Shown piece after piece: positions 27,679 to 37,380 of a DNA stretch of 64,000 nucleotides. The notes beneath the pieces are model-generated. The model had not been told where the DNA came from. It did not search any database and saw only the letters and a program-made list of their open reading frames with translations. The translations under genes were made by a program, and so were the position numbers. Source of the DNA: a virus. Position 1 is the first letter of the stretch; the number at the start of each line of letters is the position of its first letter. Location: positions 19,431-83,430 of IMG/VR virus record IMGVR_UViG_3300031857_000091; one strand, 5' to 3'.

Positions 27679-27892
27679 TTAGCGATCGCTCACCGGAATT
27701 CTTAAAATTCTTAATGATTGCTGTACCGCTGCTATTGGGTGAAGATTATCTAGTTTTATTAAGCGAGCAGCAAAATCTTTTACTTCCGCTAAAAGAAATA
27801 ATTATTTTGTTTGTAGGCAGTTAAGAGTAGTTCACGCCATTTGATATCTGTAGCGACATCAGTAGCTTGCCACTACTTTTGTTCGCGGTGAT
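27679..27892 (-). pseudogene. Collapsed antirepressor-like cassette (leader RNA plus gene 3' end)
   Basis: Leader ATCACCGCGAAC..GTAG..CTAC..TCGC at about 27832-27892. The end LRILRIPVSDR* resembles LTRLIIPVCDR* of 61825-62580. Confidence 0.6.
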
Positions 27893-27961
27893 TAACAAAT
27901 AGTAACACTAAAACTCTTCTTGTTTAATTCAAAAAGAAGAGTTTTAGTAAAATTAGCTAAA

Positions 27962-28228
27962 TTAGCTAAAGCATTGATTTATCAATAGGCTATCTGACCC
28001 CATCCAGTCAGCTACATTGCTGGTTTCTTTTGCGATATACCATTCTTTTTTAGAATTCGTAGTGTAAGTGTAAACACGATAACAAGTTTTTAGATAGACA
28101 TTTTCTTCGTCGGTTAAATCAGGATCTGGCAATACTAAATAAAAATCACTGCACTTAATGCTTGTTTGATAATACTTGTCTATTATCTCCTGCATAGAAT
28201 ATGTGCCAACATAAGTTATTTTTTTCAT
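27962..28228 (-). CDS. Hypothetical protein
   Basis: 88 aa with RBS. Confidence 0.6.
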   Translation of the reverse strand: MKKITYVGTYSMQEIIDKYYQTSIKCSDFYLVLPDPDLTDEENVYLKTCYRVYTYTTNSKKEWYIAKETSNVADWMGSDSLLINQCFS

Positions 28229-28282
28229 TTGTGTGCCTTCTTGTTAAAAAAAATTTTTTACTCTAAAAAAATGGGAAAAACG

Positions 28283-28396
28283 TTAATGCGACAAACCGAA
28301 AATCAAATACAAAATTAGGAAAAGCAAGATAACGAGAGGGGCGAGAACAATTGCGGCAATTACTCCAGCGATAAATCGAGCAAAAAAGGTAATCAT
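28283..28396 (-). CDS. Small single-TM peptide (37 aa, MITFFARFIAGVIAAIVLAPLVILLFLILYLIFGLSH)
   Basis: Hand-translated; the ATG lies exactly at the IS insertion point. Confidence 0.55.
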   Translation of the reverse strand: MITFFARFIAGVIAAIVLAPLVILLFLILYLIFGLSH

Positions 28397-28792
28397 TGGA
28401 AAAATGGGTAGAAACCCCGTCCTTGAGGACGGCTTTATATTTTGTCGAAATTAGTGTAAAATAAAAGTACGCAACTAAGACCTTATTAGTACGGTGAAAC
28501 ACCCTGTGGCGGGACACCTGTTGAAAAAATGAGTAACCGAAATGGTACTCGGTGCTATGCACGACAGCCTCAGCCCCCATAAAGAAAGACTGTAAGCGAG
28601 TGAAAAAGCGTAAGTAAAAAGTAACCTGAAAGCAATAGCTGACAGGTTAAAGGCAATTGACACCGCCTTGTGAACTGCTGTTGTATTAGTGCTAAGGCAC
28701 GATATGACAATGTGGTTGCTTCGAGCAATGACTAGCATTTGTTAGTTATCTCATCTAAAGAATCCACTCACCTTTAGGTAGTGGAGTGTCAA
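28397..28792 (+). mobile_element. Non-autonomous IS200/IS605-family element (396 bp), copy 2
   Basis: Follows TCAT (28393-28396), ends GTGTCAA; inverted relative to copy 1. Confidence 0.85.
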
Positions 28793-28813
28793 TTGTTGTC
28801 TCTAAATTGAAAA

Positions 28814-29026
28814 CTAAATTGAAAATTCGCTAATTGCGGTAGACAATCGGTCTATTTCTGCCAATTTATAGTGAGGAATAACCAGAACAAGGTCATCCCC
28901 AGTTCCGCAGGTTTCTAGGCTTACTACCCAGTTTTTCCAAGTTCTTTGAACCAGTAAAATTCGGTCTGTATCTATGTTTAGCTGGGTTGCAATAATTTGT
29001 TTTTGGAGATCTTGATTAATTTTCAT
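28814..29026 (-). CDS. Hypothetical protein
   Basis: 70 aa. Confidence 0.55.
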   Translation of the reverse strand: MKINQDLQKQIIATQLNIDTDRILLVQRTWKNWVVSLETCGTGDDLVLVIPHYKLAEIDRLSTAISEFSI

Positions 29027-29075
29027 AGTTTGCTGTGTTATTTGAAGAGACCCGCCGGAGATGGCGGGAAAAAGC

Positions 29076-29390
29076 TTACATGATAAACAAGTCTATTGCA
29101 GTTTGAATCCGGCTATGATAATTTTCTATTGCCGGAGTGTACTTGAAGCTTTCTATTGCCCCAATTTCCTTGTTGTTGTACAAGTCATAAATAAAAGCCG
29201 TGTAAACGCTGTAACTCGAACAATATCGCGTAGCCGGGAAATCTTTTCGGCTCAAGACTACCAAGTATTGCTCAGACAATTCTGAGCACAGAAGCCACTC
29301 GGGGTTGCTTATTGTTTGGCTAGGGCGAGGAGTTAAAGGGGGTAAATTTACTTTAGTTTGTGAAATAACTGGTAAAGCTGGTGAATTCAT
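29076..29390 (-). CDS. Hypothetical (early) protein
   Basis: 104 aa downstream of P3; hairpin at about 29051-29068. Confidence 0.6.
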   Translation of the reverse strand: MNSPALPVISQTKVNLPPLTPRPSQTISNPEWLLCSELSEQYLVVLSRKDFPATRYCSSYSVYTAFIYDLYNNKEIGAIESFKYTPAIENYHSRIQTAIDLFIM

Positions 29391-29411
29391 TGATTTAATT
29401 TCCTGTTTTTT

Positions 29412-29454
29412 GGTTTACGCTTCCTATCCTAATTTATCCTTTTAAAAATGTCAA
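29412..29454 (-). promoter_or_regulatory. Sigma70-type promoter with operator (P3)
   Basis: TTGACA-17-TAGGAT; GACATTTTTAAAAGGATA. Confidence 0.75.
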
Positions 29455-29580
29455 CCAGATTGAGGAAAATTTTTTTCTCTCTTATTTTTGGTAAAATAAA
29501 AGGATTCCTTGAATTCTCGAGTTAATCGAGATTCCTGTTTTGTTTACGATTTACGGCGATCGCTACAGCCGTTTCCTTTT

Positions 29581-29910
29581 TTACCATCGCAACTTAATCG
29601 CTTCATAGATAAGCTCTACCCATAACCCGTTTACCATTTTGCAGGATAACTGGAACACCAAATAGCCGTGATATTGTGCAAGATTATATTTTTCATAGTC
29701 TCTGTCTAACCCTACTCCTGTCCCGTGGGCTTTGGGTGAGCGAGAATAAGTCCCCCCTTGTATCTCTACCGCTACTTGAGAAGGTAGATGAGCAAAATCA
29801 AATCTAAACTTTCTCCCGGTGATAAGCTGCACTTCTCTATCAAGGATTACTAGAGGGTATGTCTTCCCCCATAATGTTAAAAATTTTTCTTCTATTTTTG
29901 ATGAAGGCAT
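29581..29910 (-). CDS. PD-(D/E)XK / DUF559-like endonuclease
   Basis: RKFRFDFA..VAVEIQGG..H..DYEKYNLAQ. Confidence 0.8.
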   Translation of the reverse strand: MPSSKIEEKFLTLWGKTYPLVILDREVQLITGRKFRFDFAHLPSQVAVEIQGGTYSRSPKAHGTGVGLDRDYEKYNLAQYHGYLVFQLSCKMVNGLWVELIYEAIKLRW

Positions 29911-29986
29911 GAATGTTTATTATTGTGATGATAATTTGCCAAAGTTACTATTAATATAACTTTGATAATACTAAAACATCAACATC

Positions 29987-30283
29987 ATGATAATTAGAAC
30001 TATTCAATTATTTGTTAAAACAACTAACTATCGATACATTACCGAGGTCTATAACCATTTATCTAAATCATGGTCACCTATAGAAAAATGTCATTATCAC
30101 TATAAAGATGCCAAGGTGCGAATTAACGAGGGCATTGTTTTTTTAGTGGGACATAGTATAGACAACGAAACAGAGTTAAGTAATTTTACTGTTGATTTTT
30201 TGGGACAATCTATTGATTGGAATGATGATACAATAGTTTATAAATATATAGAATGGATTGATTATTTTAGTGCTTACTATTGA
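29987..30283 (+). CDS. Hypothetical protein
   Basis: 98 aa. Confidence 0.5.
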   Translation: MIIRTIQLFVKTTNYRYITEVYNHLSKSWSPIEKCHYHYKDAKVRINEGIVFLVGHSIDNETELSNFTVDFLGQSIDWNDDTIVYKYIEWIDYFSAYY

Positions 30284-30525
30284 TGTCTTAGTAATGTTAT
30301 ATTTTTAAAAGCAATATTTGTTTAAATATAATCTTTTATTTTTTGCTCTCACAAAAAGCTTGTGGGAGTTTTATTATTTCACAAAAAAAATACCAAAATT
30401 CATTTAAAAATTAAGCTTAATTCGTTTAGTCGCTTAAACTGCTATTTATTCTGATTACGTCTTACTGCCTTTATTCGTAAGGATTCTTACAATTAGATGT
30501 GACATGATATTTAGGTGTTAAGCGT

Positions 30526-30987
30526 ATGGCTACTAATTTTTTGGTAGGGGGTGGCAACAAGGTAAGCGTCAAAGTAACGGCAATACCAGAAACTGTTGCA
30601 GAACCTCAAAATGGTGGATCTACTCTTTTATATGGTGGAACTCAAGCTGGATTCAATATCTCTGCTGACCAAACAGATTCTAAGGTTTTTGAAGACGAGC
30701 TAGGTTTTGCTTTTGGTGTAGTCACAGGTCAATCATGGGACGTTCCTTGGACAGCTAACCTTTTGACTGCTGACCCTGGGCATCAAATTTTAAAAGCAGC
30801 TGCAATCGGTGCTGTTTCTGGGAAAAAAGTCGGTATCACAGTTGAAGTCAAAAACCAAGCTCAGGCGACTATTTCCAAGCTGGATGGAGTAGCTATAGTT
30901 ACAAATTATTCAGAAGATTATCCTGCTGATGGAATCTTAACTTATAACTGCACCTTTACTGGTTACGGAAGTCCAACACTTAGCTAA
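30526..30987 (+). CDS. Major tail (tube) protein
   Basis: GVAIVTNYSEDYPADGILTYNCTFTGYGSP is typical of siphophage tail tube proteins. Confidence 0.8.
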   Translation: MATNFLVGGGNKVSVKVTAIPETVAEPQNGGSTLLYGGTQAGFNISADQTDSKVFEDELGFAFGVVTGQSWDVPWTANLLTADPGHQILKAAAIGAVSGKKVGITVEVKNQAQATISKLDGVAIVTNYSEDYPADGILTYNCTFTGYGSPTLS

Positions 30988-31015
30988 TAAAACAGATAAT
31001 AAAGAGGTGATTTAA

Positions 31016-31339
31016 ATGGCGGCTATTCAACCTACCGATATTTTTAGTGGTTACACTGCTGATGGAAACGGGCTTACAATTCCTTTTTCTTCAATTCCTG
31101 GACTTACTGCGGCAGAAGCTCATGCAGCAACTGGAGATGCTCGCGAAGTTTTACGTCTTATTTTAGAAAAGTATTTTGTTGCTATAGAAGCAATGCCTGC
31201 CAACGAAAAGCCTGCTTTTATGAGTATCTCTAGAGGCAGCTTAGTTGGTTTAACATCTAGTACAGTTCGCAGAAGTTACTCAATATCTTTTGATGAATCA
31301 GTTGGAGCTGTGGCAACTTCTATTAGACCAGAGCCTTAG
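31016..31339 (+). CDS. Hypothetical virion-associated protein
   Basis: GAGG RBS; co-transcribed with the tail tube gene. Confidence 0.6.
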   Translation: MAAIQPTDIFSGYTADGNGLTIPFSSIPGLTAAEAHAATGDAREVLRLILEKYFVAIEAMPANEKPAFMSISRGSLVGLTSSTVRRSYSISFDESVGAVATSIRPEP

Positions 31340-31420
31340 TTTTGATTGACACACATTATTTGTGAAAACATAAACCCCCTCTTTGTAAAAAAAAGAGGGG
31401 ATGTTTGGTAACTAAATTTT

Positions 31421-31684
31421 TTAGAATTCTACAGGCGGTTTGTCTGGGTAATAATCTATGTACTCGGTTATAGGAACATTAATTGTTCTTGTTTTAACAA
31501 CTTCGTAGCAAGTGTTAGACAAATAGCCTTCACTTTCGTCATGCTGAACCCAGTCGTATTCCTCAACTTGTTCTTGTATTTTGATACATTTTAACGCTTC
31601 ATAGAAAGCGTCAAAAGATGTACGAAACAGACTCAATGCTTCTTCTATGTCGGTTACTGTTTGGCTGTTGGGTGTCATGTGCAT
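31421..31684 (-). CDS. Hypothetical (early) protein
   Basis: Downstream of P4. Confidence 0.6.
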   Translation of the reverse strand: MHMTPNSQTVTDIEEALSLFRTSFDAFYEALKCIKIQEQVEEYDWVQHDESEGYLSNTCYEVVKTRTINVPITEYIDYYPDKPPVEF

Positions 31685-31698
31685 TCATTGCTTGTTTT

Positions 31699-31740
31699 GT
31701 TTACTCATCTACCTTAGCACGATACTTTTAAAACTGTCAA
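31699..31740 (-). promoter_or_regulatory. Sigma70-type promoter with operator (P4)
   Basis: TTGACA-18-TAAGGT; GACAGTTTTAAAAGTATC. Confidence 0.75.
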
Positions 31741-31777
31741 GTAAATTTACAAACAAAACAAACATCCGCAAACAATC

Positions 31778-32215
31778 CTAAAAATTAAGTGATAGTTGAG
31801 TCACCCTTTCCTTTTTTTTAGCCAGTAAAGCAACAAGCGCAGTAATCAATCTAGCTGTTTCTTCATCAGTTAATGTATCAGCCTCTTCAATAGTTCTCTC
31901 AATCAATCCTGGCTTGTTTTTAGCTTCTTGTGTTTTTGTGTTGTTTAAATGAGCAATCAATTCATCTGGAGAAATCTGCATCAATTCAGCCATTTTGTAG
32001 ATATGCTCGTTTTTTGGATAAGATTTAGCCTGTTCCCAGAATGTCACGGTGGATGTAACTACCCCAAACTTTTCTGCCATTATTCTACGTACCCAGTAAC
32101 ACTTTTCTCTTTCTTTATGGCAAATGATTCCCCATCTTTGGGCTGGGGTTTGCTGTTCGTACGGGATTTTTAACAAAGCATCTATCTTCATCATGGCGGT
32201 TTCGTTATCTGTCAA
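31778..32215 (-). CDS. XRE-family HTH repressor-like protein
   Basis: MAEKFGVVTSTVTFWEQAKSYP..YKMAELMQIS; divergent from the replication operon. Confidence 0.75.
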   Translation of the reverse strand: MTDNETAMMKIDALLKIPYEQQTPAQRWGIICHKEREKCYWVRRIMAEKFGVVTSTVTFWEQAKSYPKNEHIYKMAELMQISPDELIAHLNNTKTQEAKNKPGLIERTIEEADTLTDEETARLITALVALLAKKKERVTQLSLNF

Positions 32216-32381
32216 ACTAATCTTTTATTGTTTTTATTGTAACCAAAGTTTTGCAAAGTAAAAACAAATTACTAAAAACTCATATATATAGGATACGGTT
32301 TAAAATATAAAGTTTGTTTGTAAATTGTTTAAAAAATAACCATCGTCGATTAAAATGTAAAAACGTCTAAGAGGAAAATTT

Positions 32382-33215
32382 ATGCTCTTCCAACTTAACC
32401 AATTGAAAATCACCCCTGATTCTTTTAGATTGCTTTATGCGATCATAACAGCCGCTTATCACTCCAAAGTATTGGAAACTACTCACAAGAGTCTACAGAA
32501 AGACTCTAGACTTAGTGAGTATAAAGTGCGAAACTCTCTACTAGAACTAAAAAAAGAAAAACTTATTACAACCAAAACAAGTACTGATGGCATAAAGATA
32601 GTTCTTGGACAACAAATAATTGAAATGATTTATCTAGACTATACAAAAAAAGGAGCTAGTCAACGAACAAGAAATATGGCTGAGATAAAAAAGTCTCAAC
32701 CTCCCAAACAGGAGGTAGAAGCTACGAAGTGCCAGACATTATCGACGCAGAGCTTGACTCCATCGAACCGCCAGAATACTTCAAAGCCTTCTTTGCGAAG
32801 CACTTCCAAGAAAGGAATTTTGACGGAGACAGTGAGTCAAACTCCGAAACAAGTACAGACAGCACCAGAGAAGCCACCAACAAAACCAACAAAACCACCG
32901 ACGACCAAACGCCCACCATCAAAACCACGAACAAGCCAAAAGCTAAAGGCTTCGGATAAAAAGCCTTATATCACCACCAGAGGGACTCTCTACAAGTTTT
33001 TTGAGGAATGGCTCAAAAATTATGAGATTTTAAGCGAACTAGATATAGCTTGTCTTCTCAAGAAAGATGATCAGAAAATGATGCGCTATTGGATAAACTT
33101 TCAGGACTATGCCCGTTGCTGGTTGAGCCGTAATCGGCAAATTGAAAGACCGGAGAGAGACTTAAACAAAATCAAGGCGATGAAAAAATTCGCGGGATTA
33201 GCCAAAGCGAGTTAG
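32382..33215 (+). CDS. Putative replication initiator / winged-HTH protein with predicted -1 frameshift isoform (ending 32959)
   Basis: N-terminal wHTH-like segment; directly upstream of dnaB; A_AAA_AAG at 32687-32693 plus a downstream hairpin. Confidence 0.55.
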   Translation: MLFQLNQLKITPDSFRLLYAIITAAYHSKVLETTHKSLQKDSRLSEYKVRNSLLELKKEKLITTKTSTDGIKIVLGQQIIEMIYLDYTKKGASQRTRNMAEIKKSQPPKQEVEATKCQTLSTQSLTPSNRQNTSKPSLRSTSKKGILTETVSQTPKQVQTAPEKPPTKPTKPPTTKRPPSKPRTSQKLKASDKKPYITTRGTLYKFFEEWLKNYEILSELDIACLLKKDDQKMMRYWINFQDYARCWLSRNRQIERPERDLNKIKAMKKFAGLAKAS

Positions 33216-33289
33216 CTTTTTTGACCAAGATAAGAGATAATATTTTCTTGTCTAAACAAGTTTGTGAATTAACAAATAAAGGAGTTTGT

Positions 33290-34645
33290 ATGACAACGCA
33301 AGGGAAGCTACCTCCAAATTCTCTATCAGGAGAAGAAAGTTTACTAGGGTTACTATTAATGAATAGCGATAACCTTCTCGAAATTCTCCAAGAGCTGGAT
33401 GTCAGCGATTTTTATTCTCCAGCTCATCAAAAAATCTTTGAAGCTATAAAGCAATTGCATCGAAAAAATAAACCAGTGGACTTGATTACAGTCACACTGG
33501 CTTTAGAAGACGTAAATCACTTAACAAGTGTGGGGGGAAGACCCAAGCTTGCTGATTTAATTGAAAAAGGATATATGTGTTACAACCCAATGGAGGTTGT
33601 GAATGTTATTAAACATAATAGCATAAAACGCAAGATACTATCAATAACACATGAGATAGCAGGGCAATTGTATGACCCCAGCACAGAAGCTTTAGAAATA
33701 ATTCAGGAATATACAGAGATTCTTTTAGGGTTGGGAGATAGACTGCGCCCTACGACTAATGGACTGCGAGATATTCAAACAATCATGCCAAATGTTTTGG
33801 ATGACATCGAAAAACTAAATAGTGAAGAGGATACCGTTTCATTAAATACAGGACTTTATGACCTTGATAAATTAACTGGAGGGTTTCCAAGAGGTTCGTT
33901 TTCTGCTATAGTTGCTCGAGCTGGCATGGGAAAAACAACAACTGCCGTACAAATAGCAATGAATTTAGCCCAACAAGGCAAGAAAGTCTGTTACTTTTCT
34001 CTGGAGATGACTGAGGTTCAATTGGTCAAGAAAATAATGGCTCGAATAATAGCAAAAGAAGATCCTCATCCAAAACTTAATGCTTCAAATCTTTTCCGAA
34101 GCCAAGGACTAAAAGACGTGAGAGATTTAGAGCTTTTTATTTCTGCTATTCCAGCAGCAAGTGAATTAAGTTTTTTGATAGACGAGTATTCAAGTACAAC
34201 AGTTGATCACATTCGCAACGAATTAACAAAACAAGTCCAGAAAGGACAGAAGCCGGATGTTGTTTTTGTTGATTATGTTGGGATCATGGATATTGAATCA
34301 AAATATCGAAACAGGGTATTAGAATTAGACCATACTCTCAAACAGTTGCGAGCAATTGCAAAAGATTTTGATGTAGCACTAATTGGACTAGAACAAATTA
34401 ATCGAGGAGTCGAATCTCAATCCGATAAACGTCCTGCAATGAAAGATATTCGGGGAACAGGCGGGTATGAACAAGAAGCTGCCTTAATACTAGGTTTATA
34501 TAATCCTGACTATTACAAACCCGAAGAAGCTCCACCCATGGGAATACTAGAGATAATTGTCCTTAAAAGCCGTTTTGGAAAGCCCGGAACGGTCAAGGTA
34601 GGGTTTGAACCTCAATACAATAGACTTCGTAATCTGGCTTTGTAA
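33290..34645 (+). CDS. dnaB: Replicative DNA helicase
   Basis: LPPNS..EESLLG, DFYSPAHQKIF, Walker A ARAGMGKT, FSLEM, FVDY, QINR, KSRFG. AAGGAG RBS before ATG 33290. Confidence 0.95.
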   Translation: MTTQGKLPPNSLSGEESLLGLLLMNSDNLLEILQELDVSDFYSPAHQKIFEAIKQLHRKNKPVDLITVTLALEDVNHLTSVGGRPKLADLIEKGYMCYNPMEVVNVIKHNSIKRKILSITHEIAGQLYDPSTEALEIIQEYTEILLGLGDRLRPTTNGLRDIQTIMPNVLDDIEKLNSEEDTVSLNTGLYDLDKLTGGFPRGSFSAIVARAGMGKTTTAVQIAMNLAQQGKKVCYFSLEMTEVQLVKKIMARIIAKEDPHPKLNASNLFRSQGLKDVRDLELFISAIPAASELSFLIDEYSSTTVDHIRNELTKQVQKGQKPDVVFVDYVGIMDIESKYRNRVLELDHTLKQLRAIAKDFDVALIGLEQINRGVESQSDKRPAMKDIRGTGGYEQEAALILGLYNPDYYKPEEAPPMGILEIIVLKSRFGKPGTVKVGFEPQYNRLRNLAL

Positions 34646-34692
34646 TATTGCCTTAAACTCATTTACTTGATACTATTGAAAACAGCAAGTAA

Positions 34693-35007
34693 ATGAGTTT
34701 TTATTTAGCCATGAAAAAAACAAGAAGACAACTAGAAACCTACCAAGCCGTTTATCAACGGAATAAGTATGCTCCAGTAAAAAAGAAGCTGTGTGAAGAA
34801 AAAAAAGAAAGTTTTCTCGCTCGTTATCCTGACTGGGAAAAAAAGAAATCTCGTCTTACTAATGAAGAAATATATATTATTAGTAGTTACTATGGTCTTA
34901 ATGGACATAGAGAATTTAACAGAAAAATAGCCAAGGAACTTAATATAAGTACGCAATGGCTATACGAGAAAAGAAAAAAGATAGAAGCTAAACTAGATCA
35001 AGATTAG
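34693..35007 (+). CDS. Sigma-70 region-4-like HTH protein
   Basis: LTNEEIYIISSYYGL..KIAKELNISTQWL; partial similarity to 50118-50426. Confidence 0.6.
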   Translation: MSFYLAMKKTRRQLETYQAVYQRNKYAPVKKKLCEEKKESFLARYPDWEKKKSRLTNEEIYIISSYYGLNGHREFNRKIAKELNISTQWLYEKRKKIEAKLDQD

Positions 35008-35806
35008 CCTCGGTTAATCCAAAAGCTTCTAAAGATAACTGAAAAGGATTATCTGGAATACACTCAACCAAAGATAGCATCATTTGTGCTATCTTTTGTA
35101 TTTCTAGTTGCGCATCGGAAGAATTTCGTAGTCGCTGGAAATGAACAAAACTTCTAAAGTTAAAAGTAACATCAAAATCTACTTGCTTGCAGTAAGGAAG
35201 AAAGTACCTGCTACATTCTTTTGCTCTTTTTCTTCCTACTACTGGAGTCAATCTAGAGCAAGTCAAATGATATAACCTGTGCCCTAACTCGGCATAGGAA
35301 TTAAGTAAATTAATAATATCTCCAGGCTCGTTAAATTCTGGATAATTGGCTAAAGTTTCTGATAAATCATTTACTAGATGAATCTCTGTCCCGTCAAATG
35401 CAGCCCAGTCTGAGGGGAGATACCACTTATCAGGAAGTTCTTTGTATCTGGCAGATTCCGTGTTAATAGACACACCAATACGATGTTTAAGAAAGTGGAT
35501 ATGACTAGCGATATCGGCTCGTACCTGAAAATGTAAGGTACTTTTTTCAAAGGGAGTATGATGACCTGCTCTAGCCAAAGAGAGTAACAATTCTTTCGGC
35601 GATCGCTTTCTATTTTTTTTTGTGTCTTCAAATAACGAATTAATCCAAGTCTTCCCTCCAGAACCATCATTTACTGATTTTTCATAAAGAGATGATAGGG
35701 AGTCTATATTATCTAAACAGGTAGACTGCCAAGCTGATAAACAATGGGTTTCGTCCCCACCGTAGTAACCCATTAAAGCAACAAGATTTTGATGACGATA
35801 TTTCAT
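34988..35806 (-). CDS. thyX: Flavin-dependent thymidylate synthase
   Basis: GHHTPFE, KHR..SINTESARY, KE.SRYFLP, NFRSFVHF..LR..AQLEI. Confidence 0.93.
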   Translation of the reverse strand: MKYRHQNLVALMGYYGGDETHCLSAWQSTCLDNIDSLSSLYEKSVNDGSGGKTWINSLFEDTKKNRKRSPKELLLSLARAGHHTPFEKSTLHFQVRADIASHIHFLKHRIGVSINTESARYKELPDKWYLPSDWAAFDGTEIHLVNDLSETLANYPEFNEPGDIINLLNSYAELGHRLYHLTCSRLTPVVGRKRAKECSRYFLPYCKQVDFDVTFNFRSFVHFQRLRNSSDAQLEIQKIAQMMLSLVECIPDNPFQLSLEAFGLTEANLDLV

Positions 35807-36420
35807 TAAACTTTTGAGAATATGACTGTTTGAGGTTGATTTTGATACTTGCCTTTTCTGTCAGAGTAAGACGTTTGGCACGATTCCCCTTTGAAAAAAA
35901 GAACTTGAGCTATTCCTTCATTAACATACAATCGACATGGGGTGTTGGATGTATTAGCAAATTCTAGAGTAAGATAACCGCGCCAACCAGCTTCTAACGG
36001 CGTTATGTTGGCAATTATTCCAGCTCTAGCATAAGTTGATTTTCCCAAACATACCCCAGTCACATCCTCTGGCATATTAAAAGCTTCTACAGAGACTCCT
36101 AGAGCATAGCCATGAGCGGGGATAACGAAGAATTCGCCATACGAATCGACTATACTAGTTAATTGCTCGACCGAATCCTCGTTAAAACACTTCGGGTTAT
36201 TAATTTTTTTTGTTAGCAGAAAATTACCAGACTTTTTAGTTTTTCTACTCGTAAATATCCGAAAATCTTTTTCGGATAACCTGATATCATAGCCGTATGA
36301 ACTTAACCCATAGCTAATTACTTTACGGTTATTTAGTCTAGAAACCAACTGCTTTTCAAACGGGGCAATCATTCCTGCTGTATTAGCTAAGTGATTAATT
36401 TGTTTATCATTTAGAATCAT
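35806..36420 (-). CDS. dcd: dCTP deaminase
   Basis: ISYGLSSYGYDIRL, GKSTYARAG, PLEAGWRG, EGIAQ, RKGKYQNQ. Confidence 0.95.
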   Translation of the reverse strand: MILNDKQINHLANTAGMIAPFEKQLVSRLNNRKVISYGLSSYGYDIRLSEKDFRIFTSRKTKKSGNFLLTKKINNPKCFNEDSVEQLTSIVDSYGEFFVIPAHGYALGVSVEAFNMPEDVTGVCLGKSTYARAGIIANITPLEAGWRGYLTLEFANTSNTPCRLYVNEGIAQVLFFKGESCQTSYSDRKGKYQNQPQTVIFSKV

Positions 36421-36799
36421 CGCTAACCTCTGCTTCATTAACTAATTGACTAAATTGAGAAAACTTATCTCTTTTGTTTATTAATAGTTTTAATTTATTT
36501 GACTCCAGTAAAATATCTAGCCCATCATTAAATGATTCGGTTACCACTATTCCAAGCAACGTTATACAAGATTGTTCTTTAATGTCAGGATAAGCCAATT
36601 TTAAAGCTTTGATTAAATAAGCGTAAATAGGCAATGGCTCGTATACTTGCATTTGAGTTATCCATTCTGGACTTTTATAAAGCAGAATAATCTCAGGTAT
36701 TCTGGGAGACTCCTTTAATAACTTTATTAAAGAAGTTAAGATGGCTTTATTCCCTGTATAAGTATCCTTGATTTGCGATAATCTAATTTCTGTTATCAT
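36407..36799 (-). CDS. Hypothetical protein
   Basis: 130 aa. Confidence 0.55.
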   Translation of the reverse strand: MITEIRLSQIKDTYTGNKAILTSLIKLLKESPRIPEIILLYKSPEWITQMQVYEPLPIYAYLIKALKLAYPDIKEQSCITLLGIVVTESFNDGLDILLESNKLKLLINKRDKFSQFSQLVNEAEVSDDSK

Positions 36800-36834
36800 C
36801 TCAATAATTACTCTAGTTGCGAGAAATGTATTAA

Positions 36835-37380
36835 ATGATTATAGCTGTAGAGGGAATCAATGGAAGTGGAAAAACAACTTTAATAAACAAACTAAAACAG
36901 ACTTTAAAAAACCAAAACCCTATAATTACTCATCATCCTAATAACTATTCTTTTGAGGGAGAAAAAGCCTTAGATTATTTTGCAGAAAATAACAATTTAC
37001 TAGGTGGGTTATGGGCACTAGAAGATATTAATCGTTCTTATGCGATTGCTCAGCAAAACCCCAAGAATTGTTACATCTGGTCTCGATGCCAAATGTCTGC
37101 ACTAGTTTATAATGGCAAATTCCATAAAGACTTTACCGCATTAAAAAACAAGATTTTTAGAGACAAGTCTTACCCAGACTGCCTGATTTATTTAGATATT
37201 CCCCTTGAGACTTGTTGGGAAAGAGTAATTACTCGCAATCGAACCAGAGATGTAGATTTAACACTAGAAAAACTAAAACAAGATTATTTTCGGTATCAAG
37301 AGATAAAAAATATATTTAAAACTCTTCACCAAGAAAATAAAATCAAGTATTATTTTGAATATAAATTAAAAAATGATTGA
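36835..37380 (+). CDS. tmk: Thymidylate (dNMP) kinase
   Basis: IAVEGINGSGKTT, PDCLIYLDIP..RVITR. Confidence 0.85.
   Translation: MIIAVEGINGSGKTTLINKLKQTLKNQNPIITHHPNNYSFEGEKALDYFAENNNLLGGLWALEDINRSYAIAQQNPKNCYIWSRCQMSALVYNGKFHKDFTALKNKIFRDKSYPDCLIYLDIPLETCWERVITRNRTRDVDLTLEKLKQDYFRYQEIKNIFKTLHQENKIKYYFEYKLKND

Noticed and set aside
32644-32653. Earlier A-run in the replication gene as a frameshift site
   Set aside because: The -1 frame hits TAG within three codons.
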